Source of the DNA: Opitutus sp. GAS368
GTDB taxonomy: Bacteria > Verrucomicrobiota > Verrucomicrobiia > Opitutales > Opitutaceae
Reading direction: 5' to 3'
Assembly (NCBI GenBank): GCA_945862035.1
Contig: CAMAXB010000001.1
Coordinates: 1 to 42,698 of the forward strand
Length of the DNA: 42,698 nt
Below are positions 18,620 through 26,414 of this stretch, one piece after another. Position 1 is the stretch's first letter. Every line of letters begins with the position of its first letter. The notes beneath the pieces were generated by a model that did not search any database, was not told the origin of the DNA, and was given only the letters and a program-made list of their open reading frames with translations. Position numbers and translations under genes: made by a program.

Positions 18620-20464
18620 TCAGACCTCGACCAGGTCCTTTTCGACCCGGAGATTGGCGATGATGAACTCCTGCCGGTCAGGTGTGTTCTTGCCCATGTA
18701 GAATGAGAGGAGCTGGTCGCTGTTGCCCAAGTGGGCGAGCGAGACGGGCTCGAGGCGGATGTTCTCGCCGATGAAGTCCTTGAACTCGTTGGCGCTGACC
18801 TCGCCGAGACCCTTGAAGCGGGTGATCTCAGGATTCACGCCGAGCTTGGCCATGGCGGCGTTTCGCTCCTGTTCGGAGTAGCAATAGATCGTCTGCTTCT
18901 TGTTCCGCACGCGGAAGAGCGGCGTCTCGAGGATGAAGAGATGATTGTTGGTGATCAGCTCGGGAAAGAACTGGAGGAAGAACGAAAGCAGCAGCAGGCG
19001 GATGTGCATGCCGTCGACATCGGCGTCGGTGGCGATGATCACGCGGTTGTAGCGCAGCCCGTCGAGGCCCTCCTCAATGTTGAGCGCGCTCTGCAGGAGG
19101 TGGAATTCCTCGTTCTCGTAGATGACCTTCTTGGTCAGGCCGTAGGTGTTGAGCGGCTTGCCCTTGAGGGCGAAGACCGCCTGGGTCTGGACATCGCGGC
19201 AGGCGGTGAGCGAGCCGGAGGCGGAGTCGCCCTCGACGATGAAGAGCGTGCTGTCCTCGGCGCGCTTGTCCTTGGAATCGAGATGGACGCGGCAGTCGCG
19301 CAGCTTGCGATTGTGGAGCGAGGCTTTTTTCGCGCGTTCGCGCGCAAGATTACGGATGCCGGAGAGCTCCTTGCGTTCGCGTTCGCTGTCCTCGATTTTC
19401 CGCTTGAGGGCCTCGGCCGCCCCGGGGTTGCGGTGCAGCCAGTTGTCGAGCTGCGCCTGCATGAAGTTCGTCACGAACTGGCGGATCGACGGACCGCCCG
19501 GACCGATGTCGTTGGAACCCAGCTTGGTCTTGGTCTGGGACTCGAAGACGGGCTCCATCACGCGGACGGAAACGGCGGCGACGATCGACTGGCGGATGTC
19601 GGCGGCGTCGTAGTCCTTCTTGTAGAAATTGCGGATCGTCGCGACCAGCGCCTCGCGGAAGGCGCCGAGGTGGGTGCCGCCCATGGTGGTGTGCTGGCCG
19701 TTGACGAAGGACCAGTACTCCTCGCCGTAGTGACCGCCATGGGTCATCGCGACCTCGATGTCGTCGGCCTCGATGTGGATCAGTGGATAAAGTGGCTCGC
19801 CGGTGAGCTTCTTGGTGAGAAGGTCCTTCAGGCCGTTTTCGGAGCGATAGCTCTTGCCGTTGAAGACGAGGGTGAGGCCGCGGTTGAGGTAGGCGTAGTT
19901 CCAGAGCATCTCCTCAATGAATTCAGGGCGGAACTTGAAGTCCTTGCCGAAAAGCGCCTCGTCCGGCGTGAACTCAATCAGGGTACCGTTCTTCTCGTCC
20001 TTGGCGGCGACGACCTTGCCATCCTTCTTGAGCTTGCCCTGGTAGAACTCGACGGAGCGCGTCTGACCTTCGCGATAGGCCTGGGCGCGGTATTCGAGCG
20101 CGAGCGCGTTGACGGCCTTCTGGCCCACGCCGTTGAGGCCGATCGCCTTCTTGAAGGTCTCGCTGTCATACTTGGCGCCCGTGTTGATGATGGAGACGCA
20201 CTCGACCAGCTTGCCGAGGGGGATACCCCGCCCGTAGTCGCGGACGCGGAGGGTGCGCTCGATCAGCTCGATCTCGACCTTCTTGCCGAAGCCCATGGTG
20301 TACTCGTCGATACAGTTATCGATCGTCTCCTTGAGCAGCACGTAGATGCCGTCCTCGGGGTGGACGCCATTGCCCAGCCGGCCGATGTACATGCCCGGGC
20401 GCAGGCGGATGTGCTCGAGCGGGGAAAGGGTCTTGATGGAGGCTTCGGTGTAGTTGGAGGCCAT
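18620..20464 (-). CDS. parE: Type IIA topoisomerase subunit B (topoisomerase IV ParE-type)
   Basis: [13 protein letters not shown], the GHKL region, Toprim [19 protein letters not shown] and [12 protein letters not shown]. Start at the ATG at 20464 (MASNYTEAS). Confidence 0.9.
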   Translation of the reverse strand: MASNYTEASIKTLSPLEHIRLRPGMYIGRLGNGVHPEDGIYVLLKETIDNCIDEYTMGFGKKVEIELIERTLRVRDYGRGIPLGKLVECVSIINTGAKYDSETFKKAIGLNGVGQKAVNALALEYRAQAYREGQTRSVEFYQGKLKKDGKVVAAKDEKNGTLIEFTPDEALFGKDFKFRPEFIEEMLWNYAYLNRGLTLVFNGKSYRSENGLKDLLTKKLTGEPLYPLIHIEADDIEVAMTHGGHYGEEYWSFVNGQHTTMGGTHLGAFREALVATIRNFYKKDYDAADIRQSIVAAVSVRVMEPVFESQTKTKLGSNDIGPGGPSIRQFVTNFMQAQLDNWLHRNPGAAEALKRKIEDSERERKELSGIRNLARERAKKASLHNRKLRDCRVHLDSKDKRAEDSTLFIVEGDSASGSLTACRDVQTQAVFALKGKPLNTYGLTKKVIYENEEFHLLQSALNIEEGLDGLRYNRVIIATDADVDGMHIRLLLLSFFLQFFPELITNNHLFILETPLFRVRNKKQTIYCYSEQERNAAMAKLGVNPEITRFKGLGEVSANEFKDFIGENIRLEPVSLAHLGNSDQLLSFYMGKNTPDRQEFIIANLRVEKDLVEV

Positions 20465-20495
20465 GGGAAAAGGTGCGTGAAGGGGAAACGGAAGA

Positions 20496-20927
20496 TCAGG
20501 GAGCAGGCGCAAGCACAAGCACGCGCTCCGCGGACGGCCCGGCGAGCGCCGGAATACGCGTGTCGAATGTGACCAGGCGGCCGCGATGGTACGCCGCCAG
20601 CGCCAGCAGGTAGGCATCGTTCACCTGCTGATGTCCCAGCGCACGGGAAAGATCCGCGGGCGTGAGCGCCGGCGCAGAATCCCAATAATGATGGCCCGCG
20701 TGCCCGGTGCAAAGGCCGAGCAGGCGGGCGGCCTCCGCGGGTGCCGCCGGAAAGCGCGTGAACGCGGGATTTGACGAGAGGCGGACGAACGCGAGCTGCG
20801 TCAACGCACAGGTGGCCCAGCCCCCACCCGCTTCCCGCGCGAACCAACGGTGGGCGGCGGCGTGGAACTGGTGATTGGGCCACGCGAGCGCGAGCAGCAC
20901 ATTGGCGTCAAGCAGGGCCTGACTCAC
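20496..20927 (-). CDS. vapC: PIN-domain toxin (VapC family)
   Basis: [12 protein letters not shown]..., [10 protein letters not shown] and VTFDTR give acidic residues spaced as in PIN domains. It overlaps the upstream antitoxin gene by 4 nt. Confidence 0.85.
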   Translation of the reverse strand: MSQALLDANVLLALAWPNHQFHAAAHRWFAREAGGGWATCALTQLAFVRLSSNPAFTRFPAAPAEAARLLGLCTGHAGHHYWDSAPALTPADLSRALGHQQVNDAYLLALAAYHRGRLVTFDTRIPALAGPSAERVLVLAPAP

Positions 20928-21154
20928 GTCGCCTCCTCCGCGAGGAGGCGACCGGCGAGGTCGCCCGGAATGATGGGGGCATCGTTCGGGACCTGAAAAA
21001 TCGGGAGGCCATTCTTGGCCGAGAAATCACGTTCGGCGGTAAGCCCCTTGCGCACCAGCGCGGACACGACGACGCCCAGATTCTCCCCCGAAGCATCGGC
21101 CAAGGTGCGCGCCGCTTCGTAAACGTCGGGATCGAGGCTCAGGGTGGTGCGCAT
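20924..21154 (-). CDS. vapB: Type II antitoxin (VapB-like)
   Basis: 76-aa ORF starting MRTTLSLDPDVYEAARTLA, a typical VapB-type N-terminus, with a start/stop overlap with vapC. Confidence 0.75.
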   Translation of the reverse strand: MRTTLSLDPDVYEAARTLADASGENLGVVVSALVRKGLTAERDFSAKNGLPIFQVPNDAPIIPGDLAGRLLAEEAT

Positions 21155-21209
21155 AACGATGAGTTGATACAGTGATACATCCGCACGGATACGTCAATGA
21201 ATCACTACA
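21155..21209 (-). promoter_or_regulatory. Candidate vapBC promoter/operator
   Basis: 55-nt spacer with three GATAC(A/G) direct repeats at 21166, 21174 and 21188. On the minus strand there is a TTGACG -35-like hexamer. No -10 element is clearly placed. Confidence 0.25.
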
Positions 21210-21593
21210 TCACCGCATCAATCGTGCTTCATCCTGATTAATCGACTTTTGTGCAATCCGGCGGTAGCGCACCATCAGCTGCATCGACCCCTTGCCGGTG
21301 GCGAACGCGACCGGTCGACGGTCGTCGCCGCTGACGTCATAGCAGAACTGAAGCAAGTCCCCGCGCAGGCGGAAGATGGCCCGGATGGTCTTGTTGCCAT
21401 GGGGTCCGGAGGTGCCCACGAGGTCCACGGTCGCGGGTCGGGCGGCGGCATCGATCCGGAGTTCCCCTTCATCCCGGCCGGCCTCGGATTCTACCACGTA
21501 GCGGGTTCCGGTGATCACCCAGCGCGACTCGGGTGCCGGCAGGGCTTCGCCGGAAAACTCCGCGCCATGCGGTATCCAGATCCCGTCAAGCAT
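21210..21593 (-). CDS. TIGR03067-type (Planctomycetes/Verrucomicrobia) lipocalin-like protein
   Basis: LDGIW...VITGTRYVV...ELRIDAAARPATVDLV...IRAIFRLRGDLLQFCY...RPVAF...MVRYRR matches my recollection of the TIGR03067 layout. It has no signal peptide. Confidence 0.65.
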   Translation of the reverse strand: MLDGIWIPHGAEFSGEALPAPESRWVITGTRYVVESEAGRDEGELRIDAAARPATVDLVGTSGPHGNKTIRAIFRLRGDLLQFCYDVSGDDRRPVAFATGKGSMQLMVRYRRIAQKSINQDEARLMR

Positions 21594-22440
21594 GGTTGGT
21601 AAAGCCCCCGACCCCATTCATCGGCGTGCGAATCTCGTGGCCCCTCGTCGCGAGGAAATCACTTTTAGCCCGGCTCGTTGCCTGCTCCTCCATGACGCGC
21701 TGCTCGGCCTGACGGGTGACGGCGGCCTGCAGCATGAGCTCGGCGCGCAGGCCGCGGTAACGAATGGCGAGCGCGAGCAGGAAAAGGACCAGATTGAGCA
21801 AGAGCGCGGTCTGAAAGGGCAGCAGCCGGGTGAAGCCGTTCCCGGTCTCATCGGCGACGAACGGGACCGCCATGAGCAGCCCGGCGATGGTCACCGGAAT
21901 CAGCGCCACGAGGAACCAACTGGCCCCCCGCGCGACCCGGATGACCGCATGAACCGCGAGCGCGGTGCAGCCCACCCGATTGACCAGATTCACGGCCCGG
22001 ATCGGCCTGGAGCTGGTCGGATTTCCGCCCCGCAGAAAATCCCCCGCGACCCGGAGCGCCACCGGCAAATCGGCGAAGCCGACCCCGCGCAGGCACCGCG
22101 CCCACCCCAGGAAATCGATCTTTACCCGGAAGTAATTCGAGACGAGGAGCAGGAAGAGGAAGGCGGAGGGAAGCGGCAGCGCATTGAGCACCGCCCCGCT
22201 GCGGTGCGCCCACGTGGCTTTAATCGTGGCGGCCAGGGGCTTGTCCGCACTTCCCATGACTCCCACCCGCACGACATAGCCCGCACAATCGATGTCGGTT
22301 CGGTCCCGCAGCGACCATCCGAGGGCCGCGACAATCACCGCCGCCATGCTCAACGCGCCCAACGAAAACGCGGTTTGCCCGGCGGAATCGCTGAGCACAA
22401 AGAGGAAATGAGCAGTGACGCAGGGGATGGACATCCTCAA
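21586..22440 (-). pseudogene. Sensor histidine kinase fragment (7TM region plus H-box only)
   Basis: A multi-TM region and coiled coil are followed by SDFLATRGHEIRTPMNGVGGFT (HisKA H-box). The ORF stops ~10 aa later. There is no HATPase_c domain, and the ORF overlaps the next gene. Confidence 0.6.
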
Positions 22441-22616
22441 CTTCCCACGCTCGCAAGGTCAGGGTCCGCATGCAAGCCCCCGCGCCGCCGCAGTTCCAAG
22501 GGGGCCAACACCGGCCGGACCCCGCCGACAGCCATCAGGCCAGGCCGGGTTGACTGCGGTTGTCTCGGCGCCCGCGCTTGGGGTGCAGCGGCCACCGCCG
22601 CACGCTTGGTACCAAT

Positions 22617-23249
22617 ATGGCCCTGGAAAAACGAATCCTGCTCCCGCTTGGGTTGGTCGGCCTCTTGGTGATCGGCGGCATCCTGGCCGCGAGCCTGACG
22701 GGAGCGGTGGTGCGCAAGGGCATCACCACCGTGGGACCACGGATCACCGGAACCCCGTGACGCTCGCGCACGTCCGCCTGTCCCCGCTCAGCGGCAGCGG
22801 TTCCCTGCCCGGCCTGACGGTCGGGCAATCCCTCCCGGATGGCAGAGCGAGCGCGTGTTCTCCCCGGGGTCATATCCACCTTGGTCGGGTGCCCCTCTCG
22901 CTGCTCAGCGGTGCGATCGTGATTGAGGAACTGTCGATCGACCGCGCCCACTTCGTCGACGAGACCAAGGTGGTCAGCAGCACCCGCAAGGAATTGCTGG
23001 TCGCCATCGAGAAGGCCACCGGCGGGCCCAGGGGCCCGCGTGGAGGCGAGCACGCAGGCCTTCCATGGCGAGCAGATCACTCAACGTCCGGCCTTCGTGC
23101 TGACGGATGCGATCGGCGACGAGGCCGTCTTCTCCGGGCTCGGGCGCGTCGCGCCCCTCGCCGCCACGCCGGACGCGATGCTGATGCTGGCTGACACCGC
23201 TGGCTTTGCCTCGTTTGCCGCCCACTGCGGCGCTCCCCCCAAGGCTTGA
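22617..23249 (+). pseudogene. AsmA/DUF748-like membrane protein gene, frameshifted
   Basis: MALEKRILLPLGLVGLLVIGG...VGPRITGTP stops at 22760. The family-like sequence continues in another frame (VTLAHVRLSPLSGSGSLPGLTVG..., SLLSGAIVIEELSIDRAHF). It then returns to the first frame near 23040. A further local shift is likely near 22826-22870. Confidence 0.45.
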
Positions 23250-23260
23250 AGACAGGGAGG

Positions 23261-23463
23261 AACCACGAAACACACGGAACACACGAAAAGAAATCCGTCG
23301 GCCGGGCCGTCGATCCCAAACAACGGGAGCTGATTTGCAGAAGGGAACGGAGAGAACCGAGGTTTGAGTCCGTCAGTCCCAGCTTTTTCCTCCCGCCTTC
23401 CTCCGTGCCCTCCTGTTCAAACGATCCGGGTATTCTTTCGTGTGTTCCGTGTATTTCGTGGTG
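23261..23463 (+). repeat. Composite nested hairpin element (outer CACGAAA flavour enclosing inner ACGGAGAG flavour)
   Basis: The outer arm AACCACGAAACACACGGAACACACGAAAAG (23261-23290) pairs with CTTTCGTGTGTTCCGTGTATTTCGTGGTG (23435-23463), about 26 bp with one internal mismatch. The inner stem 23337-23352 pairs with 23401-23416, 16 positions with 2 mismatches. Confidence 0.8.
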
Positions 23464-23515
23464 AAACGGATCGGGGGAGCTTTCCCCTGCGTTTGACGCG
23501 AGGGCCCGCGCGAGC

Positions 23516-24010
23516 ATGGATAGCGGGATGCAGCTCAAATGGCGCCTGTCGCACGCCCAAGGCTATCTCCAGCTCGGGATGGTCGACGAGGCTGCGGCCG
23601 AGCTGCGCCTGATTCCCGCGAAGGAGAGGGATGGGACGGAGGTGCTAGCCCTCCGGGTCGCCGTCCTGCAGGAGCAGGGACGCTGGCGCGCACTCCGCCT
23701 GGCCGCGGCCGAGCTGGTGCGCCGCCAGCCGGCGGAGCCTGCAGGCTGGGTGACCTGGGCCTTCGCCACCCGCCGGACGCGTTCGATCATCGAGGCCGAA
23801 CAGATCCTGCTCGAGGCCGAGGCCCGGCACCCGCGGGAGCCCACGATTCAATTCAATCTCGGGTGCTACGCCTGCCTGCGCGGGGACCTGGCCGAGGCCA
23901 AGCGACGGGTTCGCCGCGCGATCACCCTGAACAGCGTTTTTCGAGCGCACGCCAAGTCCGATCCTGATTTGGACGCGCTCCGTGCCGGGCCCAGCGGAGA
24001 AAAATTTTGA
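23516..24010 (+). CDS. TPR-like repeat protein
   Basis: 164-aa helical-repeat ORF (…QFNLGCYACLRGDLAEAKRRVRRAITLN…). Confidence 0.65.
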   Translation: MDSGMQLKWRLSHAQGYLQLGMVDEAAAELRLIPAKERDGTEVLALRVAVLQEQGRWRALRLAAAELVRRQPAEPAGWVTWAFATRRTRSIIEAEQILLEAEARHPREPTIQFNLGCYACLRGDLAEAKRRVRRAITLNSVFRAHAKSDPDLDALRAGPSGEKF

Positions 24011-24335
24011 CGCGAAACTTAGCAACCGTTGCCGGACTCGCGGGTCTAGACTTACGTGCCGCCTTGTCTCCTCCGCCGTCCCCCACCTGCGGCGTTGTCC
24101 GCCAGAGCGCGGTTTCAATCCGAACTTCCCCTTCAGGCAAAATCACGCCGACGAAGTTCCGTGTCATTCCGGTACTGCTGACCGGACTTTGGTTGGTGAC
24201 GCTGGGCGGCTGTTCGGGCTTCCTGATCTCGCTGACCACCGGTCGCTAAAAGGAGAGCCAAGCTTTTAGCGCGGGTTTGACGCCGCGCCCGCGGCGGACA
24301 ACAAGGATCCCGCCGTCAATCGCGGCCCTCCCGCC

Positions 24336-24953
24336 ATGTCCCTCCGCGCCTGGTTCCCCACCTACATCTATTGCGAGCCCCTGCAGTCCCGCGGGCTCCC
24401 TCAACTCAACGAAGACCTCGCCGCTGAATGCGCCCAGCTGCGCGATTTCGACCAGGCGGGCCGGCGCTGGTCCGCGGTGAATTATCCGGGTGGCTACACC
24501 AGCTACGCCTCGATGAATACCCTGCACACGTTCTCGAGCACGTTCGCTGCGTTGGAGCGCAAGCTCTCGCGCCACGTGAGGGCCTACGCCAAGGCGTTGG
24601 CCATGGACCTACGGGGTCGCACCATTCAAATGACCGACTGCTGGGTGAACATCATGCCACCGACGGCGGCCCACTCCCTGCACCTGCACCCCTTGTCGTT
24701 TGTCAGCGGCACTTACTATGTAAGGACGCCGAAGGGCTGCCCCGGCCTGAAGTTCGAGGATCCCCGCATGGATCGCTTCATGGCCGCACCGCCCAAGCGG
24801 CCCGATGCCGGGCCGGAACACCGGGCCCATGTCACCTACCCGGCCGAGGCCGGCAATGTCATCCTGTTCGAAAGCTGGCTGCGTCACGAAGTCGCCACCA
24901 ATCGCGTCGACCACGAGCGCATCAGCATCAGCTTTAACTATAACTGGAGCTGA
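24336..24953 (+). CDS. TIGR02466-family putative 2OG-Fe(II) oxygenase-like protein
   Basis: MSLRAWFPTYIY..., HLHPLSFVSGTYYV, GNVILFESWLRHEV and RISISFNY match the TIGR02466 / 2OG-FeII_Oxy_5 layout as I recall it. Confidence 0.8.
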   Translation: MSLRAWFPTYIYCEPLQSRGLPQLNEDLAAECAQLRDFDQAGRRWSAVNYPGGYTSYASMNTLHTFSSTFAALERKLSRHVRAYAKALAMDLRGRTIQMTDCWVNIMPPTAAHSLHLHPLSFVSGTYYVRTPKGCPGLKFEDPRMDRFMAAPPKRPDAGPEHRAHVTYPAEAGNVILFESWLRHEVATNRVDHERISISFNYNWS

Positions 24954-24981
24954 GCACGGCCGATCTGGCTTTACAGGATGT

Positions 24982-25064
24982 AACGGAGAGAACGGAGATT
25001 CGATCCTGCCCACCTGAAGTTTTCCCTCCTGCTTGCCTCTGTTCCCTTCTGTTCAAACCATCCG
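24982..25064 (+). repeat. ACGGAGAG-flavour hairpin with conserved 3' tail
   Basis: 24982-24988 pairs with 25047-25053, and 24990-24997 pairs with 25037-25044. That is 15 bp including 3 G.U pairs. The tail is CTGTTCAAACCATCCGG. It lies 3' of the TIGR02466 gene. Confidence 0.65.
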
Positions 25065-25134
25065 GTTTCCTTCTTGGTTAAGCCGGCTTGATCCGACTGA
25101 GTTGCGTAGTGAACCAAAGCGCTTTCCCTGAACC

Positions 25135-25389
25135 ATGCTCGTCATCCGCCGCATGATTGATCGCCGTCGCGCCTACACCGCGCTGATGCTGCCCGGCGAG
25201 CCGCCGAAGATTTTTCCAACCAGCGACGCGGAACACGCGCGCATTCTCCAGATTTACAAGCAGGACCGCGCCTATCCGGGCATCGTGAATGACTTCACTG
25301 ATTTCGATGCCCCGGCCCCTGCCCCGGAGCCAACGCGTAAATCGGGTTCCTCATCGCGACGGCGCACCGGTTCATCGCAGTCCGGTTGA
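25135..25389 (+). CDS. Hypothetical small protein
   Basis: 84-aa ORF directly upstream of the SeqA-like gene. I recognise no family. Confidence 0.45.
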   Translation: MLVIRRMIDRRRAYTALMLPGEPPKIFPTSDAEHARILQIYKQDRAYPGIVNDFTDFDAPAPAPEPTRKSGSSSRRRTGSSQSG

Positions 25390-25420
25390 AGCCTCCGCTG
25401 CGCCCGCTCACACCGCGCGC

Positions 25421-25927
25421 ATGAAAACGATCGATGTCACCGAACAGGTCCATGCCGAACTCCAGCGTCTGGCCGCAGAGTCCCGCCTGGCGCCCTCCGC
25501 AGTCCTGGCCGCGCTGCTTCATCTTCCCACCTCGCCCGATTTGGACCGCGATCCACTGATCGTCTTTCTGCTGGGGTCGGAGCTGCGGACCAAGTCCACG
25601 GATGCCGAGCGCTACGTCTCCCTCCTGAGCTGGGTCGCGGAGCGCCAGCCCAGCCGTTTCCGTGAGTACATCGAGGCCCTGACCAGTGGCCGCCGCTACC
25701 TGGGCCTGAGCCGCGAAGAGATCATTGCGCAGTGTCACCACAACCAGGCGCGTCCGATCCCGGGTACGACCTACTGGGCGATCATGAACCTCGACACGCC
25801 CACCAAGCGGCGGTTTCTCCGCCGGGTCCTGACGTTCTGCGGCTACCGCCCGGAGGTCGTGGACTTTGCGGGCCAAGTCTTCGGTCGTCCGCGCCTGGCG
25901 CTCGTGGAAGAGACCGCGGCCGCCTGA
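25421..25927 (+). CDS. SeqA-like protein (SeqA N-terminal oligomerisation-like plus C-terminal DNA-binding-like domains)
   Basis: 168 aa from the ATG at 25421. [35 protein letters not shown] resembles E. coli SeqA [43 protein letters not shown]...[22 protein letters not shown] resembles HGRTRVYF...PKHVPGTPYWVITNTNTGRK. The E. coli sequence is recalled from memory. Confidence 0.8.
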   Translation: [168 protein letters not shown]

Positions 25928-25997
25928 GCCGCGGAACTTCTGCGCGGGTTGGAAAGTTCCGGCTTCCGCCGGCCCCGAGTTTGGTCAACCTCGGGCC

Positions 25998-26414
25998 GTG
26001 TCCTCGTTCGAACCCGAGCCCAAGCGGCGCAACGTCCGCAATTTTTTCGCGGCGCTCCGGTATGCGATCGATGGGTTCTGGGCGGCCCTGCGCCATGAGC
26101 CCTCGTTCCGCGAGGACCTGCTCTTCGTGGTCCTGCTCGTCCCGTTCGCGATCATCCTGCCCGTCAACGCCGTCTCCACGGCATTGATGATCGCCTCCCT
26201 CCTGCTGATCATGATCGTCGAGCTGCTGAACTCGGCGATCGAGTGGACCATCGATTACCTGCGCCCGGAGATTCACCCGCTCGCCAAGCGGATCAAGGAT
26301 ATGGCCAGTGCAGCCGTTTTCCTCGCCTACATGAACTGCATCATCGTCTGGATCATCATGCTGTGGCCTTCGAATGACGTGTGGCGGCGGATCGAGGAAT
26401 GGTTGATACCATGA
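25998..26414 (+). CDS. dgkA: Diacylglycerol kinase (prokaryotic DgkA family)
   Basis: Three-TM small protein with the VELLNSAIE motif. I chose the GTG start at 25998 (138 aa). The ORF opens at 25866 but overlaps the SeqA-like gene. Confidence 0.85.
   Translation: MSSFEPEPKRRNVRNFFAALRYAIDGFWAALRHEPSFREDLLFVVLLVPFAIILPVNAVSTALMIASLLLIMIVELLNSAIEWTIDYLRPEIHPLAKRIKDMASAAVFLAYMNCIIVWIIMLWPSNDVWRRIEEWLIP

Noticed and set aside
23355-23380. GGTTTGAGTCC resembles a tRNA T-arm (GGTTCGAGTCC).
   Set aside because: No acceptor stem, D-arm or anticodon arm can be built around it. It lies in the loop of the nested hairpin element.
20496-23463. The vapBC, TIGR03067, kinase fragment and decayed AsmA-like gene considered as a horizontally acquired island or defence locus.
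   Set aside because: I see no integrase, transposase, tRNA target, flanking direct repeats or compositional shift. None of the genes matches a known defence-system component other than the generic TA pair.
24007-24249. 80-aa TTG-start ORF ending in a lipoprotein-like segment (VLLTGLWLVTLGGCSGFLISL).
   Set aside because: The lipobox-like segment is at the C-terminal end, with no in-frame ATG, GTG or TTG that would make it a proper signal peptide. The N-terminal 50 residues look non-coding. It might be a tiny lipoprotein with a non-canonical start, but I cannot support that from sequence alone.
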